A stretch of 58,429 nt of DNA, the filler included, from Platydemus manokwari (Eukaryota): NCBI GenBank assembly GCA_037951405.1. It is 6 parts of 6 records of this genome, joined end to end, with 100 filler letters (N's around TTAATTAATTAA, not from the genome) between each part and the next. Parts side by side here need not be neighbours in the genome. Positions count along the whole stretch, not along the records: positions 48,020 to 58,429 come from JBBMOY011135884.1; 5 more parts are not named here. One strand, written 5' to 3'. Made by a program: the position numbers and the translations under genes. The notes under the pieces are model-generated. The model was not told the DNA's origin. It did not search any database and was given only the letters and a program-made list of their open reading frames with translations. Positions 50,462-58,429 of this stretch are shown here, piece after piece (position 1 is the first letter of the stretch; each line of letters opens with the position of its first letter).

Positions 50462-53400
50462 CTAAGCGAAAAAAATCAGATATTAAATTCCAGATCAATA
50501 AATGATTCCATCAATATCATTGAACTATATGTATATGACCTATTTATCAACAATCTATCATATTTATTATGATATCGTATATTAATAAAAATAGTGAAAA
50601 ATAGATTGCAGATTTTTATCTGATAACAATAAATTAAAAACTGATCTGCTGGTGCACTGCACTGCAATTGGAATCGATAAATCATAAAATCTCAAATATA
50701 TTTCCAACCAATGTGTCGTGTAAGCTGTGCGCGCCCACACAAGGAATACAGCGCACAAAAGTTTCTTACTGAGAATCAACTCAATGTCAAAAGCTTTGTT
50801 TAAATATCGGTTTTGAAAATGGAATTTTTATTTCTTTAGCAACAACAAAAAAAATATTTAAGTAAGGTTTTATGATTGTTGAAAACAAGGGCTACTTAAA
50901 TTTGTGATAATCGTATATGGTGTGGTAAACTACCCATGCGTCGTTCAGTGTGTTTGCTCTGTATTATAGGCAAAAATTTATGCACATGGTATCAAGGCTG
51001 TTCACTTAAAGTTGTGGATTTGGAGAAAGAATGAATAATGGCTTGCAACTTGAAAGACTAATTTTATAAAAGTAGAGTAATATTAACACATGGCTTTTGT
51101 GTTTAGTTTAATGAATTCCATTAAAACGCAGCAAAGAAATAGAATGGGTGATGTACATCTGGACATGATTGTAAGAATTAGAAGCTATATGGTGTGGTTG
51201 ATTTAGATTGTGTGTACAAAGCATGGGTACAGGCAAAAGACAGTGCACACAATTTCAGACAAGCAAAGTATAAACAAAATATTAATAGAGGAAAATAAAC
51301 TCAGAATGATGATTATGATAATAAATGACATGGGAAACGGTTAATAAATCCTTGTTAGGGATTTATTTAATTCATTATACTAGTTCATTTAAACTAAAAA
51401 TCATTAAAATAGTCCACAGATAAGAAAAACAATGATTTGTCAATGAAAATAAAAAGAATGAAGCTCGTTCAATATCAATTAATGACGAACAGTGGTTGAT
51501 ATGGATGGTTTTTATATGGGACGAAAGTTGAAAAATTAAACGAGGATAATAAAAAACAATCGCTGAGATAGTTAGTTCCCAGTAAAAAAATTTAGTTATT
51601 CGAATGAAGATTAGTTCAAGTTTTGCTCTACTGGAACTTTTAGGAAAATGGTTTAAAAACGACCTTAAACGATTATTATTTTTCAATCAATATTAATAAG
51701 AGTTAAACAATGAATTATTGGCCCACACGTCTTTTTTGAACAATTTTATCATTTTATTATTAATACCATGATCATTATGCTATAAATCACACACTAACGA
51801 TTCAAACTTTCGAGACTGATGGTAAATCTTTGAAAGTTTAGAGATCAAATTTTATTTCAAAAAACCATAGCTCAATGATTGGAGTTATTGTTAAAATATT
51901 GTATGGGTTATTAAATCCATGTTTTGATATTGGAAATGTAAATCAATTGATAAGATATACAGCAGTAAAAAACTGCTTAGCAAATCTGATATAATATCGT
52001 TATGCCCGCTAAAATCGAATTTGATAGAAATTCGATGAAGAATAGCAATATTTTTCTTCCTCATATTTAGGTGTTCTTCTATAAACACGATATGATCTTA
52101 TATATTTCATTGTTCATCTTAATTTTCAACTTGAGCTTATAAATTATAAATTAATAATTATAAATTGAAGAAATAATCATACAAGGGGTATTCCTGTAAG
52201 CCCTGTAAAGCAATCGCAGATTTTAAAAATAAATAAAACTCAAATTATATAATTTTTAAAATGGTCTCTATTAAAACACTCGAATTATCAACTGAATAAT
52301 AATATTATTAAATTTCTATGACAGTGAATGTGCGTAATATGTAGTAAATAAATCAAGACATGCACAAGTACATACTAGTAACTATAGGTACGAGATAATC
52401 AAAAATACGACTTAAATTAAAAGTAAAAATCAGCACTTTTGAGAGCACTACAATATACGACTAAATCCGAGATATCCCGATCGGACTGAAGAAAATCGAC
52501 TTATTATATACGTATATATATCTTCAATTCGAGGACATTAATTAATTTATATTAGAATTTGATTATAAAAAAAATCAATAATAAGAAATTGTCAAGAAAA
52601 TAAAAGAATTTCAAATAAATTAATCTCGAAACAGCATAGATCATTTATAATGAATATAATAGGTAATATATGATAATTAAAGAGTCAGAAATATGAAAGA
52701 GAATTATTAATGAATAAAATATGCGTAAAAAATCATTTGTGGTTTGATCGAAAGAAAATAATTTCGTCGACAAAATAATTTATCAAAAATACACCAGAAA
52801 AAATCGTCATTGAAATTTTTTTGAAAATTGCACTTTCGATTAGTGAGGCAATTTGCAATTGAATTCAATTTTTAAGGGTTTAATTTTTATAAAATTTGAT
52901 TTTATATCAAATAATATTAATTTGTTTAAATAATTGTATTGAAATAAATTTTTAGTACCATGTCTTTTCAGTTCTTTTTCGAAGCATGTTTTATAAAATA
53001 GGTTTACAATTACCAACTAATCTAAATGAATCAGCAAATAGATTTATTTGATCTGAAATCTATGATATAATTTGTTTTAATGATACCATTTACCATGATA
53101 TTGATCGATGTGACATCGGTTTTTTATAAAGCCAGTGAGAAAAATATCACATGCCGACTTCAATTAATAAATTATCGAATTTAAAGTTATTATAGAAAAC
53201 AAAAGAAAACACCACAAAAATCGTTACATTGGATTGGAAGGCCTGGAATAATTATATAATATTATAATCACAATAATGATTATGATATAATTGTACAGTA
53301 CAAATCAATATGTACTTTCATAACCTTCGGATTTATCAGCTAGAAAATAATGAGTCATTTTTGGGAGTATTAATAACTAGTCGATTGCATAGCGATTCTA

Positions 53401-56030
53401 ATTTTATCGATTACAGCATCGATATTATTGATAATTAATTAGTAGTACGGAAATTGTTATTTTTCGAAACAAAATAATAAAACGGTTAAATTTTCTCAAA
53501 ACATACATAACTATAAATTAAGCTCTTATTTTATATTTTCAAATCAAACTTCAATATTTGAAAAGATTTAAATAAAACCATCCACTATTTGTTTTTTAAT
53601 TAATTGTTTTAATCAAGAAAAATTTTTTTTTTAATAAAATATGTTTAATTAAATGTTTTAATGAACAATTTGTGCCATTCGATATATAAAGATATTAATC
53701 GATGACGGACAACATTTTCGCAACACTAATAATTGTCAATCGCCATCTCATTGTTTACACATTTTTGTCAGACATTTCATCAAATTTTCTCAAATATCCT
53801 TTCCTATCCTTTTCCTATTCATAAAAAGGTTGAAATTCACACAAAATCTCGACAAATAAATTTCATAACAAAATCCTGTGAATCTCAAATTGGCATTGCG
53901 AATATTTGGAGCCAAAAATGAAAAATCACTTTAAGAATTTATATCAGAATATTAAATAAAATCAGGAAAAATCATTGATTTATATATATTATTATTGATT
54001 TATATTTATTTAACCATTGAAAGAAACATCAATTATCGAAATTAACATGAAATAAAATCAATAAAAATATCTTAATTTAATGATTATCAACTTAACAAGA
54101 TAATCTGATCGAAACTTCGAAAATAAATAGCAAATGATATGGCAGGCCATTCAGTGTGGCAGTGATTTGATCGATTAAAATTACTCGTAACCATGGAATC
54201 GATTCATGATCTCACTTTACCGATTGGCTGATAATATTCTATTTTCATTGTAATGAACCTCAAATTACAGTTGTAATAATCGAACTATGTCGTTATCAAA
54301 CTCTAAATTCAATCCAGAAAAAGTCAAACATTTATTCCCGATCAACGTACTTCCAATTTCAATAAAGAAAATCAAAATGAACATGAAATGATTAAAACAA
54401 ATAAATGACGACCAAAGGAACTAATAATAATACATTTTATCATTATATAAACATTCATTCTAATTCATAACTTCGTATTAATTGAAATTAAGAGCGGAAA
54501 TGATCAAAAAACACACAAAAATTGTCTCCAGAAGCCAAATTTTTAGATGTGATGTTTATAAAAATTTTAAAAAAATATTCGAAATTTTAACTTTATTTCT
54601 GCATTATCTTAAGATCGAATAAAGAAGAACTATTGAAATAATTTATCCCCTTGGTAAAGTTAATTTGATTTATTAATATATTATTTATTCTTTCTTTCTA
54701 TTATGATTCGATAATATTGGAATTATTTTATAGAACTGTTTAGTTCTCCCATTGAAGAATGGTCTTGGCATAATATAAGCCGTAATTAGAATGGATCGAT
54801 TCTACAACCCAATATGATTAGAGAATAAGCAGTTACAAGTTTGAGATATTAGTCGAAAACAATTTCTTTTCCTAAAAATAATAAATATCCAAGTCGCTAA
54901 ATGATTTTTTTTATCATATTTTGATCCTTAATTTTGAACTCGTGAATGGGCATCAATAAATAGATATTCAATGAACCTGTTAATTCACTAGCAAAATAAA
55001 TTTCTTTCAAATCGTTCGTGAAATATCATCAACAATGATTTAGATTTTATATAGATCAGTATACAATCCATCAAAATTTCCATACACGAAACAACAATCA
55101 ATATCCATCAATATTATCTCGAAGCGAATATCGAAACTTTATCGGAAAACACAATACAGACTAGCTTAGAATGTTTCTTGGTTTCGATAATATCTCTAAT
55201 ATAATAACATATTTTGTTGTCATTCGAAAGTCGTATCCATTGCAGACTCTTATTAATTGGTACATGTTCTTGTAAATTGATGTCAATGTCTTGTTTTTCG
55301 ATACAAGGAACTATATCCTATATATACATAATATTATCACATACAATTAATTGTTAATTTATACGATTCCCGATTCAATAAATTGTCGACAACTACGCAA
55401 ATCTGGATATTCTAAATCACCTATTAATTCTCTACCATTCATAGACGTTCTATTATTAGTAAATGAATCGATTACTATCATTTTAATGCTACATAAACAT
55501 CTGGAAATTTGGATGGTTTAATTTTGAAAGACATTTACATCATCATAAAGAACAAAATCGAAACTATGATTAATTTGATATGAATAAAAGAAAAATGGTA
55601 AAAATATGGATCGATTAAAAATAAATTGTTTCAAATCAAGGAATATTTGAAAGAAAGCGTATTGGTGAACCGTTATAAAAATAATGTTTATGAAGAAATG
55701 CCATAAAACGTAATAATTTTTCTCAAATTCTATAAAAATGAATGTAATAGCAAATTGCGAGACACAACCCGTAATATGATTCTTAAAATGCTTAAATCTT
55801 ATGTGATAGATATTGCGTAATGGAACCGAAGAACAATCATATTAGCTCATCTCTGATCAACAGTCGAATATAGTATAAGGATTCTGATACCATCAAATTA
55901 GTTTCTAATTGTCATTGATATGACCAACTAAGCTAGCCTGAACAAAACTCGATCTATAATTAAATATGTAAGTCCTCCCTAAATTGTTAGTTTTTTTTTT
56001 GACAACGCATAGGAAGCGAAGTCATTTGAC

Positions 56031-57122
56031 ATGATAAATATAGAATTCGAATTGAGCCCATATTTAAATGAGATGGGAGATGATTATCAATGGAGAAAAT
56101 ATCCACCAATTACCAGCTTCAGTATTTTATCATTTATTCTAATAACTGCCAAATTGGTATTGATTATTATGGACATGCCAAATCAATCATTGGCTTATTC
56201 ACCGAATACAAGTCAAACATTTGATTTAGCTCAAATCAATAGGATTTTAGTGATTTACGGAAATCCGATATTCGGAATATTGGGCTTAATCACTAATCTA
56301 TTTGCATGCATAACTCTACCATTATCCCATACCAATAAAAAGATAAATCGACATACAATATATTTGACGGTATTGGCATTGGTAGAATTGTTATTCAATA
56401 TCATTTGGTTTTGGTTGCTACTTATACCGACCTATACATTTAATATGTCTCATTATTACCACCGAAACAATATTGCATGTAAAATATACAATGTTCTCCT
56501 GCAATTCATATTGAGTCTAGCTTTAAACATCGTATTAACCATGGCAATTGACCGTTGTCTGGCATTTCAATCGCCATTTCAAAGTCGAAATTGGAAAGGT
56601 AAATCGGCGTTGATGATTTGCTTAGCAGTCACTCTAATCAATCTGATCCTGAGCTTGCCATATGGTTTCATACATATAATAATCCAAATCGATGAAAATC
56701 AAACTCAATGTGACGTATTCTATGATCATAAAATAACCGAACAAATCTTCACATGGTTTCAAATTCTCATACAACCCAATGGACTGGTGATTATCGTAGC
56801 GACTTTTCTAGCCAATACCGTACTGGTTTACAATTTGCGGAATCATTATCGTAATCGAAATCGTATTTTCAATTTCAATTTGCGATTCAAACGAAAAGAA
56901 TTCCGATCGAGTATGGAAATCATTTGTCTTTCCATGATATTTCTGGCACTAACATTCAGTATCAATGTGACATATATCATTTGGATGTTCACCAAATCTA
57001 TTGTCACACATGAATTGGCACAAATACTGACATCGTTGTTCTTATTCCAGCAAAATAGTTTGTTCATTTGTTATACGATCAGTCGAATGAAGTATTTTTT
57101 CACTCATAAATGTTGTATTTAG
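56031..57122 (+). CDS. Intronless rhodopsin-like (class A, peptide-receptor-like) orphan GPCR, 363 aa (possible start at 56169)
   Basis: TM1 GILGLITN, TM2 YLTVLALVE, ACK at TM3, MAIDRCLAFQSPF, TM4 LSLP, ECL2 Cys; degenerate TM6/TM7 motifs. Confidence 0.88.
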   Translation: MINIEFELSPYLNEMGDDYQWRKYPPITSFSILSFILITAKLVLIIMDMPNQSLAYSPNTSQTFDLAQINRILVIYGNPIFGILGLITNLFACITLPLSHTNKKINRHTIYLTVLALVELLFNIIWFWLLLIPTYTFNMSHYYHRNNIACKIYNVLLQFILSLALNIVLTMAIDRCLAFQSPFQSRNWKGKSALMICLAVTLINLILSLPYGFIHIIIQIDENQTQCDVFYDHKITEQIFTWFQILIQPNGLVIIVATFLANTVLVYNLRNHYRNRNRIFNFNLRFKRKEFRSSMEIICLSMIFLALTFSINVTYIIWMFTKSIVTHELAQILTSLFLFQQNSLFICYTISRMKYFFTHKCCI

Positions 57123-58429
57123 GCAATAAAACGATATATAATTATATAATGATGAGAATGTGTTTTAAAATTGAATAAATAAATATCATATGGTGTTTGT
57201 ATTGTATTTAAATAGATTTTTCGTGTCTTGGCTTCTCAGTTCGTTTTTAATGTCTGGTTTTTCAAATAATAGCAGCTACCAATTTTGGCTTGAAATCAAT
57301 ACAATTTTATTAATAAATACTTCATTAAAACAAACACCGTAGCTGATATCGATCATATCACTACATATACATTCATGCTATTGATGATACTTTCACATAA
57401 TATAAAACAAAACACAATGAAATTCATCAAAAAGAGAATTTGAATTTATAATAAAAATTACAAGTAAAAATTTAATCAAAAAACCAATCTTCTCCAGACA
57501 TCAATTGTGATGATGTTTTCAATTTTCAATAAAATGGCCCATTGTTTATTATGAGCGACCAACAATACGAAATTAAGCCCCCCCCCACATCATTGTGTCA
57601 GAATCGACAAAACATGTGATAGACAAACTAATATCTGTGAAAATTGAATTTCATCCTGTTGATCGACAATCAGAATTTAATATCGAATAAAATCATCATA
57701 TGATTTACCAAATAAAATATTCTCATTCAATTATCGATTTAAATTTGTCGAGATCTTTGAATCTTCAACCAATGAGGATGACAAGTGTTGAGAAATTGTA
57801 AAAATAATGAACAACAATTTCACATTATTTATGATAAAGATTGAAAACCATGGATTGATATGGAAAATCGTATCGAGAGAGGAAATAATAATGAAAATAA
57901 TTTGCTTACCGTTGAAATCTCCCAAAACAATATCAGATAATGAAATGTTTTCAATTTAAATAAATAAATAAATGAAAATCAACCGCCGAATAAAACAATG
58001 ACACTGATAATATATTCAATGAAACAATCGTGAATCAATGTCTCCCCAGACATAATGGAAACTAATAATCGATATTGAAATTAAAAAAAAGGAAATCCAT
58101 CATTTAACTCATTTCCATTAATTTGTGATATAGTTTCCATTGCCAAAACAAATTTACATAAATCATTTTCCAATGTCACCGGAATAATTATATTTATATC
58201 ATTATTATTATTAATGACATCATTATGTGCAACTGATGAAAACAAGTCATGTCGTTATTATAATTTAATAATAAAATCGTCAATTAACGATAAAATAATA
58301 ATAATATATTCATATAACGTGATTATTAATGATAAATTCTAATAAAATTCCAATAAACTGTAAAAATGAAGAAGAAAAAACATTAGTAAAATAAAGTAGT
58401 TATGGATTATAATCATTTAGCCCATATAT

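Noticed and set aside
50709-50768. 60-nt exon upstream of the 50461 candidate exon
   Set aside because: Its splice phase (1) is incompatible with the phase-0 acceptor at 50461.
50931-51229. TACCCATGC/GCATGGGTA inverted repeat as MITE ends
   Set aside because: Only 9 bp, does not extend, no TSD.
6015-57925. Numerous 60-120 aa Ile/Phe/Asn/Lys-rich ORFs in the track
   Set aside because: Composition expected of random AT-rich DNA; no motifs or splice support.
57905-57945. Minus-strand IVLGDFN + GTAAGC as an EEP-family exon or LINE endonuclease piece
   Set aside because: A single short motif with no acceptor or supporting flanking motifs.

Overview
Very AT-rich eukaryotic (metazoan) genomic DNA. 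The 45-55 nt introns, intronless divergent rhodopsin-type GPCRs and the TE complement fit a triclad planarian, but that is inference. The window is not contiguous: six pieces of about 9-11 kb are joined by five identical artificial 100-nt spacers (N44-TTAATTAATTAA-N44). Host genes: a spliced ankyrin-like/SOCS-box gene (4848-7340, +), two intronless orphan rhodopsin-like GPCRs (24474-25433, -; 56031-57122, +), the 5' three exons of EPG5 (32484-29411, -), an intronless BCCIP/Bcp1 homologue (41038-41802, +) and the 3' exons of a cytoplasmic dynein-1 light intermediate chain (47438-42965, -). The rest is largely decayed mobile DNA: a NeSL/R5-type RLE non-LTR retrotransposon with a Ulp1 SUMO-protease domain, a DD34D mariner pseudogene, a separate intact-looking mariner TIR end, two related solo LTRs with their own 4-bp TSDs, Ty3/Gypsy RNase H and gag fragments, a Polinton-like integrase remnant and LINE fragments. 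The most interesting signal is a cluster of SUMO-interacting-motif-like peptides just upstream of the retrotransposon's Ulp1 domain. An SL-RNA-like fold at the element's 3' end is more speculative.
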